A program made the position numbers and the translations under genes. DNA of 64,000 bases from Selaginella moellendorffii (lineage: Eukaryota; Plantae; Lycopodiophyta). Location of the stretch: positions 420,657 to 484,656 of the forward strand of contig NW_003314346.1 in assembly GCF_000143415.4 (NCBI RefSeq). Direction: 5' to 3'. The notes under the pieces were generated by a model. The model was not told the DNA's origin, ran no database searches, and saw only the letters and a program-made list of their open reading frames with translations. Below, piece after piece: positions 1-13,319 of this stretch. Position 1 is the stretch's first letter. Each line of letters begins with the position of its first letter.

Positions 1-921
1 GTTCCCGAGACGTTGGAACCGAGCTTGCAGTTGGCGGCAGCAGTACTTGCCGAGGTAATCAGCCTACACTTGATGTTGTCTCATGTTTTTTTTGCATTGT
101 TGTATATATCTAGGCAAAACTTCCCGCATCTGAAATAGCCTCCACTATAAACGAGTTTCGATCAAGACATCTTGCAGAGCTGACAGAGGTACCATTTCCA
201 GTGCGTATTCTTTTTCACTTCTTGTCTTTCTGTGCGCGTGCAGCTTACCAAGAAAAGTGGTACATCTCTTGGCTATGGCTTCTCCCAAAACGTTGGAGCG
301 AAACCAAAGCAAAGCAGTGCAGGCAAGAGTGAAGACGATGGCTCCCCAGACCGTAGGTTCGAAGGTGTCATCGCAGTTCCTTGAGTTGGTTGTTAATATG
401 TAATTGATGGAAAGCGATGGCCTAAGATATTTCTCTCGAGCTTTAGAAAGCGTTTGTTCGCGGGGACAAATCACTCGTCACTGGGACCGTGTTGGAGAAA
501 ATTCGCAGTTTAAACCCAGAGCGAATTCAAGGCGCGATCAAACACCATGACTTCATAGCGCGTAGGCGAAGATGGCGATGGCGGTGCAAAAGCGACAACA
601 AGCAGTCGACAAAGACGTGCAACTCACTTTCCTTCCCTTTTTATGTTCATCCCAGATGAACGACATTTTTATCTTCCCTTTGGTGGAGCGTCAATTAGAG
701 GAGAGATCATCACATCTTGGACCTTGTCAAAGCTCGCCTCATGGTGATCAAAGTCGGGCGAAGCCGTGTCCAACTTGGCTCGAGATCGTGGATCGAGACA
801 CGAGCAGTCGCTGGTCGCTGTTGAATTGGACATTTATAATCGAAGTGAAACATGTCAGAGAAAGAACCCTCCTGGAAAGAAGAAGTATACTCTTGACAAG
901 TAGGCCATCCATCGTGATCCA

Positions 922-2016
922 TCAGTCTGTAAACCTGGAAAGCTTGGGCCATGGAATCGACACCGACGTTTGTCTCTGGTAACTCCTGTAAGCTGCCGCT
1001 CTCGACTCTTTCGCCAGCATTCTCCTCTCAACCATGACCGTGACGCAGGCGAGGCAAGCACTGTTGATCACGGCCCCCAGCATCGTCCAAGAGAAGCCCA
1101 GCCTCGAGCCAAACATCGCCAGCCCCCACCACCATAGCTGCTCGCCGAAGTAGTTTGGATGCCGGGAGTAGCGCCACAGACCCTCGTCCAGAACCGCGAC
1201 TGGCTGCGCCCCGCGCTCTCTCCGGAGCTTGTTGCTGCTCACAAAGCTGTGGAGCTGGGTGTCGGCAATGCAGGCGATGGAAATCCCCGCAACGCAGAGC
1301 ATGGCGATGGTGGTGTCGATAAGGTGGTGCCATGGAAGCTGGCTTTGGAAGACGGCATAGACGGGAAGGCAAATGCCCACCAGCAAAACCTTCGCAGAGA
1401 AAGGTGGCGTCAGAAAGAACAGCGCTAGAGGAGTTACAGTACCTGTTGCGAGACGTAGACTGCGAAGAAGGAAATCCACCACCAGTGACGGCCGAACCGC
1501 TCGCGCATCTCCGCAAACCTCCAATCCTCCCGGGCTCCCAGCTTCCAATCCTCCCGCCGGAAGTACGAGTGCGTGATCCTGGCGCTCCACACCCAGACGA
1601 GCGCGGTGACTACTCGCGATCTCACCGGGTCGGACTTGGCGGAGGGATGCGCCGCCAGGAAATGCGTGATCAAGACCGGCAGGAAAGCCCAGTATGGGTC
1701 GATGAGCTAGATCCAAACAAGACAAGGAGAATGAGAGTGGATCGAAAGGATGAACGGTGGCTAACTTTACCCAAGTGCTCCCTTGGACGAGGCTAATGAT
1801 CCAAAACACCACATTGACATTGACAAAGAAGAAAGCATTGAGAAGTAGCAAAGGATGGGCTGCCGCGCTCCACACGGACAGTGACTTCCTTGCCACTGGT
1901 GGCGGTGGCGATGGCGATGGCGATGGCAGCGGCGGTGGGCATCCATAGAGAATCCAAGCGTACGCGACGATGGTGGGAAGTAGGACGAGTGACGCCACGC
2001 CCGAATTTCCCCCCAT
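922..2016 (-). CDS. DUF1295 family membrane protein (steroid 5-alpha-reductase-like), 3 exons
   Basis: Spliced product has LIDPYW, REDWRF and GLWRYSRHPNYFGEQLWWWG motifs plus a C-terminal Y..YQ..TS..IPW. GT-AG introns at ~1770-1707 and ~1442-1390. Start taken at MGGNSG (2016). Confidence 0.9.
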   Translation of the reverse strand: MGGNSGVASLVLLPTIVAYAWILYGCPPPLPSPSPSPPPPVARKSLSVWSAAAHPLLLLNAFFFVNVNVVFWIISLVQGSTWVKLATVHPFDPLSFSLSCLDLAHRPILGFPAGLDHAFPGGASLRQVRPGEIASSHRARLGVERQDHALVLPAGGLEAGSPGGLEVCGDARAVRPSLVVDFLLRSLRLATGTVTPLALFFLTPPFSAKVLLVGICLPVYAVFQSQLPWHHLIDTTIAMLCVAGISIACIADTQLHSFVSSNKLRRERGAQPVAVLDEGLWRYSRHPNYFGEQLWWWGLAMFGSRLGFSWTMLGAVINSACLACVTVMVERRMLAKESRAAAYRSYQRQTSVSIPWPKLSRFTD

Positions 2017-2212
2017 AGCTAGGGTAAAAGGCTCCACTTTAAAAACCATGGACATGTTCTTGCCATTATCCCAGCGCCAGTACAGTTTAAAAAACGTTTC
2101 AACCAGCGAGTTTGAGGCCATCCCTTCCTTTCTCCTCAATTCTCTTTCTCCCCGTGAGCTTTGACTTCTCGCGAGTATCAAAGAGCGAGTGGAATCACTG
2201 CAAGTTTGCTCA

Positions 2213-2797
2213 ATGGCATCTTCTTCTTCCTCTTCCTCTTCCTCTTCCTCTTGGAGTAGTGCAGGAGCCATGGCAGCAGCAGTAGCGATCCTGGCACTGG
2301 CAATGAGCTTCCTGGCACTAGATCTTCCTCGAGTGACCGCTGCCTCGAGCAAGGTCCCGCGGCGCCTCCAGTTCTTCATGCAAGACCGGCAGCTCATCGC
2401 CAACAACACTGGCGTGGAGGTGGCGGCGGAGGGCGGCAATCTCACGCGCTACGACTTTGGGACCGTCTTCGTCATCGACGATCCCATCACCGAGACCACT
2501 TCCAACACTTCCAAGGTTGTGGGAAGAGGGCAGGGGATGTACTTGGTGGAGTCGCGATCGAATTTCCACTTGCTCGTCTCCTTCTCGGCGTATCTGGAGA
2601 ACCCACAATACAATGGGACGATCGTCTTCCACGGCTCGTACAAGGCGCTCGAGCCCACCAGGGAGCTCCCAATCATCGCCGGCACTGGGGATTTCCGGGG
2701 GATCACGGGCTATGCGGCCGTCACCACGCCCGTGAATCTGGGATTGTACGTCGTGCTTAGCTTCGATTGCTTCATCTCCTTCCTCCGCTACGAATGA
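2213..2797 (+). CDS. Dirigent protein (secreted), intronless
   Basis: Hydrophobic N-terminal segment, then FGTVFVIDDPIT, VVGRGQG and RELPIIAGTGDFRGITGYA dirigent motifs, with several N-x-S/T sites. Confidence 0.93.
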   Translation: MASSSSSSSSSSSWSSAGAMAAAVAILALAMSFLALDLPRVTAASSKVPRRLQFFMQDRQLIANNTGVEVAAEGGNLTRYDFGTVFVIDDPITETTSNTSKVVGRGQGMYLVESRSNFHLLVSFSAYLENPQYNGTIVFHGSYKALEPTRELPIIAGTGDFRGITGYAAVTTPVNLGLYVVLSFDCFISFLRYE

Positions 2798-2942
2798 CGG
2801 GATCCTCTTTGGATCATCATCCTCAAATATTCTATAAACTTGTTTGGATTGGAGAGATTGGAATATGCTTCGTCTCCAAGTAGTTTCGCGTGTTTGTGTG
2901 TGTACACTTTTTGGAATTTAGGGTCTTACGCTCTTGCGCGCG

Positions 2943-5900
2943 ATGGACAGCTCCAGCGGGATGATCCCGTGGAGGCCGCCGGGGCCGGATTACGAGCCCA
3001 GCCCCAAGGTGCGGCGTGAGGAGATGGTTGTGAAGCGCTTCGCCGAGGAGAAGAAGCGCCAGGTATGAGTGATCGCCGGTGTCCAGGCCATTGCCTGAGA
3101 GAAATGTGGTACTCCAGGAGAAAGCGCGGGATGCGTATCATAGGATGAAGCTCGCGACTGCCCTTGAGATGAGAGAGCGGCAGCACAAGATCATTTATGA
3201 TGTGAGAAGATCTTCTTTGCACGCTTCTCCAGCTCGACTTCTCCTGTGATTTCATTCCAGGAGTTCCAAAAGAAGCTGGAAAAGAGCCGGTTACAAAAGA
3301 CATATAACTTCGCTGTCTATGCTCACTTAAAGGCAGGTCGTTCGAGTTTCTTTTGTCGCTCACGAGTTTATGCTTGTTGTATCTAGGATGCCTGGAAAAA
3401 TGCGGAGCAGCTCGATCTGGCATCCTTCATTGTGGTGGATCAAAGGGTCTGTAAGTTCTCTCCAAATCAACTTACAGAACGAAAGATTTTACAAAGGTTT
3501 TATTAAGTTCTGCTCTGGAGTTGATGATTTCTGAGCATCCCCGGTCTTTTGGCAATTTCAGGATATAACAAAGCGAATGTATGGCAAAGAAGGTGTAAGC
3601 GAAAGCACGAGAGATGACATACAAGCCTTTGAAAGTAAGGGATACGAACTTGGAGCGGAGCCCAAGGTGGAAGCTGTTGATCCAAAAGCCAAAAAGCCGC
3701 CTCCGTCAAAAGGGAAAAAGGAGGGACCTCCTGCCGTTTTTGATCCTGCTGTTATTGCCCAGGTAAGCTTTACCTACATGTCTGCTCCCATTTTATTGTT
3801 TTTAAACAGCAAGGGAAAGCTTACCTTGAAGATGTCAAAGCTCGGAAGGGTAGGGAGGATGCTGGCAGATTTCAGCATCGTCAAGACATACGAAAGGTAG
3901 AAACGTCATGTTTTTGTGCTGATGCTCTTAATCATTCTGTTTCCTGTAGGAAGAACTGGAACAACTGGAGAGGCAAAAAGAGGCAGAAGAAGCTAGGAAG
4001 AAAGAGGAGGAAGAACAGACTGTCCAAAAGAGACTGGAAGAAGAACTTCGGCAAGCTGAAATTCTTCGAATGCAGGAAGCTGAGCTAGAGAGCATGCTTG
4101 CCTATCGAAGGAACTTCGAGTTGCAAATAGCCGAGCAGAGGCAACGGGAATGGGATGCTGTTCTTGCTCGTGACAGGGAGTTGCTCATAATGATGCGGCA
4201 AGACTGCTTTGATGAAGTCGAACACGAGCATCAACTTGTGGAGGTGCTTGAGTGACTACATTGGCTTTAAGCTTAATGTTTTTCTGATGCAGGCAGAAAA
4301 GAAAAGGAAAGCCGAAAACAGGAAAACGAGGCATAGGGAGATGTGCCGGGAAGTCATTCTTCAAGTAAGCGACTAGTAACAAGTAATGCTCTTGTTAACA
4401 TGGTCGCTATGTTCTCAGATTACAAGTCTGGCTGAGAGCCGGGCTTGCTATCGGGAAAGCACTAATAGTGACCTTCCTATGCTGGAATGGCGCGAGTGGC
4501 AAACGCTGTTTGTGAAGGGGGCTATTATGCCGAGTCCATTATGCAGCGATATAATTTCTACCGAGTCACAAACGGAAGAGGAGAATCGCATCGCTGACGA
4601 GGTAAATAGCGAGAGGCCCGGATAACAATTCTTATACCATATGTGTTCACAGGCTGCTGCAATGGAATACTTCCAAGAACAAGGTGAATGGAATGGAGTT
4701 CAGCCGATTGGCAAGAACAAAGAGCTTGGGATTATCTTGCATATTATTCACACAATGGCGGATGTTCCACCAAAACCGCTGCCCATACCACACTCCTCTG
4801 AATGGACGCTGAAGCTGGCAACCGTTGGAATTCCATATTCAGGTTCATGTTTGGTAACAGTTCGTGTTTTATTCATCACTTATCACTTACCACAGGGAGG
4901 TCGACTATTGCGACAAAAATCGCCACCGAATTTGGTATCAAAACAATTGAAATGGATAAAATTCTGGCTGCTGCCATAGCAGAAGCCGAAGCAGGTATAT
5001 TTATATATCTATGTTGTTACTGTTAGTGTTAACGCTTTAGTTTGTAGAAGAAGCAAACCAACCAGTCAACGCGGAACCAGCTCCAGAGACACCAGCTCCG
5101 GATACTCCAGCGCCGGTTAACGAAGTTGAACCTTCGACAGTTCCAGCGGAAGGTGCCCCAAGCCTTGTTGAAACTGTAGAGGTGCAGCCAACACCACCCC
5201 CGCCACCAACTAAGGCGCAACTGGGAAAAGCTGCCAAACAGTGCAAGCAACAGGGACAACAGGTATGTTCTAAAGCTAAAGTTTGTTTTACACAACAGCT
5301 TGTTTTAATCAGGTACCAGACGAAGTGATGGTGACCTTGCTTGTCATGACCATAAGCAATCTTCACGCAACTGGTATTTACTACGTTGGAAGCTTGAAAT
5401 AACAACAGCTCTATTTCTCAGAGGATGAAAAAGCTCCACCCAAGAAACCTCCTCCCAAGGACAAGAAGGGCGGGAAAGGTGCCGAGCCTGAAATAAACGT
5501 CACAGGGTTCATTCTAGATGGATTTCCAAACACTGCTGGGCAAGCGGCGGCACTTGAAAAGGCTTTGACAGGACTTGACTTTGAGTTTACAGCTCGACAC
5601 GAGGCGGAGGCATCTGTATTGGCACCTCCGCCCCCTATTGTAAGTGCTGCGTTAAAATGGTCTCTGCTCTAACTGAAAAACTTCCAACAGATAAAGGTAG
5701 ACAAGTTTGTTTCAGGCCTCGATGGTATCTTTCTAATGGAATGTCCAAACGAAGAAAGAGCTCTGAACAAAGCATTAGGAAAGCGTGTCGATAGCAAGAC
5801 TGGCTTGTTCTATCACCTTGATTACGATCCACCTCCGCCAACTGATAAGACGTACGTATTGAAAAGTAATTTCTTGACGCCAGTATAACTTTTGTCTACT

Positions 5901-8900
5901 ACAGTGGTATTGCTTCGCGCCTGCAACCTGTCGAAGAACCGGATCTAGCCCGTATTAGAATTGTGGAAGGGTTGCACCTCTGGCCGGCTCTAACGTCGTG
6001 GATGAGCAAGTTCTTAAACGCCTTCTGGGTTGGTATGGAGGAGCATGGCAAAGTGAAACCAGAGGATGCGAGCAACGTAGTAAAGGACTTCGTTGCTGCA
6101 AGAGTTCAGGCCGACGCCGCGGCTGCAGCCGCTAAAGCTGCAAGAGAAGCCGAGGAGGCTACGAATCTCGCATTGGGAGAAACCGAGAAGGCAAAAGTCG
6201 GGTGTGATATTGCTAGCAAACAGCTGTACTTCGCCAAAGTTGGCGAGATCGAAGCGGCAGCAGTGCTTGAATCATTTCCCGCTGATCCTTTGGCTAAAGA
6301 GACTCTACGGGTGAAAGCAAGTACAATGGCTGGCCAGAAACTCAACGAGGCAGTAAAAGCTTTAAAGGAGATCCAAAACGCTCTGGAAGTTACTCAAAAG
6401 GCAGCTGCTCAGGCTCAAGAAGCAGCAACGAGAGCACAGGAAGCAGTCGGTGGGGCAGATGCTTGTTTTCAAGCAAAAGCCGATGCAGAAGCGGCAGCAG
6501 AAGCCGCAAAACAAGCCGCTTCGCGGGCCAGTGTTGCATCTCAAAAGGCTGGTTTTGCTTTTGAGGCTGCATCGTCTGACCTTGCCAAAGTGGAAAAACC
6601 AGAAGAAGCAGCTGCAAAGGGTAAACAACCGGAAGAAGCACAGGTAAGGCTAGACTTTTTTATTTGTCGATGTTGTATCTTACGTTTACTATGTCTGCAG
6701 GATGTTTCTTCAGGCGAAACAGCAGCTGCTGCTGAACCTGCTCCCGAATATCCAGAAATTGATCTAAGCACCGCAGGTTTTTGTTCGATTGTTCTCTTTG
6801 CCGTTTCTTATGTCTGTATTTGTGCTTTGCAGTTACCTTCCATTCAAGCTGGAAGCAAATAGAGTCCCTCTACTTCTCATGCCTTAAAAACCTCTTTCAT
6901 AGCCTTAGAGTGGAACGTGTCAATGGACGTAATATCCTGCAGGAGGTATGTTTAGATGCGCACCACGGCTGTTCTTTTACAGGTTGCTGAAATTTGTGCA
7001 GATCAAAATGAATTTTGGAGTGTTCTTGAAGAGGCCAGATAATAAACAAAAGACCTTCGATGATTTTCAGGTGACGCCCTTCACATGGCTGCATCCCAGT
7101 CAAAAGTAACTTCACTTCTACTTCAGGCGAAGTATAACCGGATTGAAATCGACCAACGTCGTCAACCGAAGATGAAGCAGACTCTGAAGAAGACGGTGGA
7201 CGACCTTGCAAAGCAACTTCGTACTATTTGTGACCAGAGGCTGAAGGTAAGCCTATAAATTTGAACTTGTGGTGTTTGTAAACACCAGTTTACAGGAAGC
7301 TCAAGAAAACTGCAAAAAAGTACTCGCTGATTGGATTGCGCAAAGAACGTCGTCGTGTATCTCTCTCTTCACCAATTTGATTCAAACAGAAGTGAGTTTT
7401 TGTCTAGATTCTCGTTCTAGCTTTTCGTACTTTTTCCTGGTAGATTGACACGCATCTGCAAACTTGTGCGTTTCTCCATGAAGTTTACTTCAGAAAGCCG
7501 AGCTCGGCTGTCATGGAGACTTTTAATCCTGTGAGCAACCTCGTAGAAACCGCGCAGGTTCCTCCAAAGACTTTTCCTGTCCCCGGATGGATTCCGGGAG
7601 TCACTGCTTCTTCTCCTCAGATTTCTCAGGTATGTATTTTTCGTCGGGTTGCCTGCATTCTCTATAACTTCTCCCGGCTGTAGATTGTTACAAAAGCTCT
7701 CTTTTTAATCGATGGAATAATAAAGGCAGCGACTGATCCTGAACTGGACAATCGGGCGAAGGCTGGAGGGAAGTCGAAGCCGCCTCCGGCAAAATCAAAA
7801 CCCGGAGAAGGAGATGGTCAATCACCTGGTCCATCGGCTATGTTGCGGGAACATGAAATTATTCAATCTCGGCTTCAGTTGCTTGGTATCACTGTCTTTT
7901 GGAACTTCCTTGCTGCTTGTCTGATATGATGAATTAAACTTTATTCTGTTTGATGGTTGGCAGTGCAGCAAGCAAGGCTTGCACATATATGGGGGAGTTG
8001 CAACCACTGGTTAATGGTTCATCGGCACGCATGGAAAAGTGGATGAACGATTGCAACAAGGTGTGTCTATATTTTATTGTTCTGACTGATACCTGAAGGG
8101 ATCTAATGTAATGCAGGTTGAATCTGAGATTGTTACGGAAGTCATTGAGCTTTCTAACGAGGCTGTCGAGGAAGCAATTCCTCTGTGGTACCAAATGAAC
8201 TTAGATGGTGGAGAGCTTGTGATTAATGAGGAACATATGATGGTGGTAAGTTTCCTTAGGCTTATCATGCCATTCTAGACTTACTAAATCCTATCTAAAT
8301 TGTCATTGAAGGATCCTCCTCCACAATTGGCGGTGCAACCGGTGATTGACGTAAACAAATGGCACTTCAAGCTTCTTCGTAATCTTGTGGAAATTCTACG
8401 GACCATGTCGCTTGCAGGTACGTGCTGGAAAAATGTAATTTCGATCTCTTACTGTGCTTCATGCTTCCAGGTTACATAGAAACGGAAAAAGCTACATCAA
8501 CTTTACTACAGGCGGTCCAAACCGCACATGCACAGGGAAGAGAAGACGTTGAGTTTGCTCAAGTTCCACACCTTCCAGCAACCAAGGGGAGACCATTTGG
8601 ACCATTCCAGATCTGGCTGGACTACACGAACAATGTTATGAAAAAGGTTTTCCACAGACTAGGATTTTCCCGCGCAACCATCTCAACGTGACGTTCTGCA
8701 GGTTCCTCCGGCGAAAACTGAGGCCGAGACTGTACAGATATTAGACTGGAGAGCGTTGATAATGACGCTAGCGGATATACATTTCAATGATTGCATTTCT
8801 GCATCGAGTGTCGAGAATGTCAAGCAAGTCTGCAGCTGTGAGTGCCTTTTGTTATCCTCAGTAACGTACTCTAACGAGCTCTTGCTGCAGTGCTTGAAGA

Positions 8901-10054
8901 AACAAGCAAAAATACAGATGGTTTACTAAGCCTGGAGAGCTTTGTCAGCGTCCCATTCTGGTTTGATCAAGGTACTACACTGGCGACATACACCACAGAA
9001 ACCGGATCACCGTGTACCATTTTGCAGCTGTTAATCAAGGAGCTGCTGACATTGGGACTGAGCTCAAGACGCTTGCCTATCAAATGCTTGTGCTCCCTCC
9101 GCTTCAGCCAGAAGCAGTAGAGGCGCCTCCAGAAGCTCCGGAGCCGGCAGCAAAAGCCCCTGAACCCACACCTACACCAGCAGCTGCCACGCCTCCCATT
9201 CCATGGCAGAGGCTGGCACTCTACTTCTGCAGGGACGCAGACAAGGAAAAGGCACTCTCGAAGGTGTTTCAAGTGCTTTTGGGCATGGGGTAAGAGGCTG
9301 GCCGTGTATGCTCTCTTGATTAACACCGCAAATCCTCGCTGCAGGTCGGATGTTCTAGAGCTGAGACCTGAACAGTTGCTGCAAGCGATCTACCACTTAA
9401 GCTTGGATGAAGCCTCGACATCCGGGTGCCTTGCCTGGGCTCCTCAAGACATCAGAGTGAGTGCCTTACGTAGTATCTACGACCATTTACCTTGTTTTCT
9501 TGTCTCAGGAACTCATACTGAAAATCAAGAGCGAGTTGGCACCTCAGGCCGTGGACGAAGGCGATGACGTTGATTCGGACGGAAGCCAGGGGAGCGGGAG
9601 GCTGTGCACAAGAAGCACGGTAGCGCAGCGAGGCTCTAACCTCAGCGAGCAGACGAACATCACAGTGCGAGACTTTGGCGTGCCGGAGAACGCCTCCCTC
9701 ACCGAGGTTCTCACCGAGGCATCGTCCATCAAGGGGGGCAGGGACGAGACGTGCTCGGAGCTGAGCGACCAGGCAGTGGAAACCATCCAGCAGTTCCTGG
9801 ATGCGTTGAGCGCCACTCCGCGCGAGGAAGCGGCCGCAGGAACGAGCCCAGCGATCCTGCCGCCGGGAGAAGTGGTGGAGCGCCAAGTTTCGGTCAAGGA
9901 GATCTTGAGCGCGCAGTGCGCTGCAAACCTGTGCTCGATCTTACTGGAGAACTACTGCAGCAAGCAAATCCATGTCATGAACGTGAAGAAGGCGGACGAG
10001 AGCGAGAGCGAGGGCAGTAGGCCCAAGGAAGAATTCGCGCCCTTGGCGCCATAA
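2943..10054 (+). CDS. SPEF2: Sperm flagellar protein 2 / central-pair protein CPC1-like (adenylate-kinase-like domain), many short introns
   Basis: N-terminal coiled coils, P-loop VGIPYSG(R)ST, GFILDGFPNTAGQAAALEKALTG and lid-like GKRVDSKTGLFYHLDYDPPP, followed by a long C-terminal region. Exon boundaries only partly resolved. Confidence 0.8.
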
Positions 10055-11199
10055 TTTAAATTCAAACCCAAGCTCAGATATTAGGGTTCTTTTTCCTAGT
10101 GTCGTCTGAGCGAGTAAATTCAAATAGCATCGAATTTGGGAGTGACGAGCAGCGGCCAATCATGAGACATATGCGTTTCTCTCACGGATTCAAAAACAGG
10201 CGAGATCTGCCCACTAGCAATGTGCTGATGTCAAGAAGATAAAGGCGAAGTACAACAAAGATAGGTGGAATAGTTGAGAAAAGTATCGAATTCCACCTCC
10301 AAGTAGTTTTTATCTACAACACAGACGGGAAAGTGAATGGTGTGCGACAAATGATTTTGAAGTGTGGCGACAGGAATTTCACTGTGAAAGGCTCAGCAGG
10401 CAAGAGTCTGGCATCACCCTGTTTGATTTCCTTATTTAACTGGTCGAGTGCTTGTCTGGACTTCTCAATGCCAAGCTTGCATATGTTGCTGGTTGAAGGC
10501 CTGATGCGTTGCCTGCATTTCGTCGACATGCATGGTGTTGAGGCTCAACAATCCGAGCATACAGGAGACGACACTTTCCTTCATCAGGAGCCACGTTGTC
10601 GCTCTGTGCTTCTGGCCATCCATATGTCCCTACCATCTGATTCATCTGCATGCGCCAGGCTCTACAGCTGCTAACATGCCTGCTTCCACACTCCTGGACC
10701 TAGAATGGCAGCTAGTGTCGCGCCTGCAGATCCTGCTTCATCGTCCGTGACTCAGGGTTTATAATGGAACGTGCCAAGAGAGATGGAGATGAATTGCACA
10801 CAAGTGAACACAAGCCAATGCCTTGGGGAAGACCCCTAAGGTCTGTTCGACAGTGGAGAGTGGCAAAGAGTGAGAGATGATGTCCAACCCACACATCTAA
10901 TATTTATTTCAATTATACCAACTCATTCTATTGGTGATTTGTAATAGCACTATTGATTGTTCTGGGATTATGAGTGTCTAATTACCCACACTATACATAA
11001 AAAGAAGTATGAAATAGGGTTATCTTAAACCAACACTTTTTTATGTACGTATACACTGTCCAATATCATAATCATTATATCAAACATTTGCTTTAAGATA
11101 ATCTTACCATAAATTTTTTTTCCAAACCTTATACTATGCTTCTCCGTCCATACTAAGATATATATACCAGTCATACTTTATATTAAACCTTATGATTAA

Positions 11200-11362
11200 G
11201 AAAACAAAATTATCGGTTTTATATCAAAAACCATTAAACCATTAGAGTCTATCAATCTTGGCATAGACAATAGACCTCAATTTTTCTTACGACTTTAAGT
11301 GACTTACTCAAAGTAATGTATTGCTTGGAATTATGAAGATTTTAAATTTTAAAGGGCCGAAG

Positions 11363-11395
<33 letters not shown>

Positions 11396-12720
11396 TGAAC
11401 TAAAAAATTCAAAACGTTCTTATAAGATGAAGCCTACTTATGCTGCATAAGTTTTACATGTTGGATTTGAATTTATCCTATAGTGGTGCTAATTGGATAT
11501 CATCAATAGTTATTGTACCTAAGAAAATAGGAAAATTATATTTATGTGTAGATTTCAAGTGTTTAAATGAAGTAATTAAGTGTGAAGCATTTCCCTTACC
11601 ATTTTCTGAAGACTTACTTAATAGTGTAGCTGGTCACGAGATGTATTCTTTCCTTGACGCTTCTTGAAATATAATCAAATCCTTGTCAAACCAGCTGATC
11701 AACACAAATTGCATTTTATTACACCATAGGGAGCATTTGTTTACATAATTATGCCTTTTGGCATGACAAATTTTCCATTAAAAAAACAATAGAAATATTT
11801 TATGATTACTTACTTGACTTATAAAGGTTTTTATGGATGCCTGTAGAGTATATAGTGGTAAAAACAAACATTTACAATGCCTTGAAAAATCTTTAATACA
11901 TTGTAGAGAATTTGGCTTAGGCTTAAATCCTGGAAAGTGTTCATTCTTTATGGAAGCATAGAGCATCGAAAATCAACAATTATGCCATCTTTAAAGATAA
12001 TATAGCTTGGTAACACTTTAGACTTAATCTCACAAACATTAACAAGTCTTGCACAAAGATATGACATGCAAATAGAATTAAATATGTCACTAAATTTATG
12101 ATAAACTTATTCACATGCTTAACAAAAGCATCTAGTCTTGTTCCACCAGACAGGTCCATTTAGAAGTGGACGCATTTGATACCCAAACTTACTAAACCAT
12201 TCGCATAGTTTTTACTGCTTCAAGAGTTTGAATTTAATATTATTCATAAGCTAGGTAGACAACATATTCAAGTAGATAACTTCACTATTAGTATCAGTAT
12301 TCATGACAACTTACCAGGTGCAACTTTTTTCAAGCTACACCAACTTGAGATTGGCAAAATATTTGTCAATTCTATTCCCACAAAAATATGCTACACTAGA
12401 CCAACATAAGGCATTTATTATACCATATACACCCATAGCAGACAATACAAAAGATGGACAAGAAAAAAGATGTTGCATACAAGCTTTAAACCAAAATGCA
12501 ATATTGCAAGAAGCCTATGCACTTTGTGTGACATCACTGCATGAAAAATTTATCAAGCTAGCCTTAACACTTTTTAAGGATTATCACAACCTTTCCAAAG
12601 CTTGTGACCTAAGCAAATACAACCTTTTAATTCCATGTTACCTCTCATACCATTATCTCAAAATTGATACATACTTATTTACTTGACTATGCCACTAAAT
12701 GGGTTGAGGTTGTCATTGCT
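11200..12720 (+). mobile_element. Highly degenerate Ty3/gypsy pol remnant (RT to integrase)
   Basis: RT-like WISSIVIVPKKIGKLYLCVDFKCLNE..FPLPF, YSFLD and MPFGMTN; integrase-like DYATKWVEV near 12690. Many stops and frameshifts, AT-rich. Confidence 0.85.
11363..11389. repeat. (TA)n microsatellite
   Basis: About 13 TA units within the retroelement remnant. Confidence 0.9.
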
Positions 12721-12759
12721 TGCACTCTTATTTGAACACAAATATTTATTATAATGTAG

Positions 12760-13319
12760 AACCGAGTGAATATTCTATATTCTGCCACATCAGCAGTAGG
12801 TCGGCATTAGAAGTCAAGAAGTTCAAATGGATGTATGCAATCAACAAGAATAAAGATGACTGCCGTTAATATCACCAAGAGCCCAAGTTATGGCAAAATG
12901 GTGATGAGAGGCTGTGCCATCTACAACAGGCGAGAGAGTAGCTCAAGAATAAGAACCATCGACACTGTACTGCAAAACTAGACTTCAGTAGTTCTTAGGT
13001 GGGTGTTAAGTTTGCCCAATTTTCACTGGTGCACTGCCCCAACTGTTGCAGCGAACAACACAGGCAGAATTCCAGGTCCAATGAAAACCTAACACCCACT
13101 GGAGTTTGGTTTTAGCAACCCTGTTGCTGATGGTTTTTGTTCTTGTGCTGCTCTTTTGCCTCCTGTCAACCAACGGCATAGCCTCTCATTGATACACCTT
13201 AACATTGCCGTAGCTCGGGCACATTTCCTCTTGGTGATCTTAACAGCATGCATCATTATTTTTGTTGATTGTGTACGCCTACTGCTGACGTGGCAGAATA
13301 TAGAATATTCTCTTGGTTT
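12760..13319. repeat. Long imperfect inverted repeat (fold-back 1)
   Basis: GAATATTCTATATTCTGCCACATCAGCAGTAGG (from 12768) is the near-perfect reverse complement of CCTACTGCTGACGTGGCAGAATATAGAATATTC (ending ~13310). Pairing continues inward, with indels, to ~13030/13075. Confidence 0.85.

Noticed and set aside
145-474. 109-aa ORF with one hydrophobic segment
   Set aside because: Non-ATG start and no recognisable homology; may be part of a gene beyond the window edge.
922-2445. 507-aa ORF as a single protein
   Set aside because: Chimera of dirigent antisense, DUF1295 exons 1 and 3, and out-of-frame exon 2/introns.
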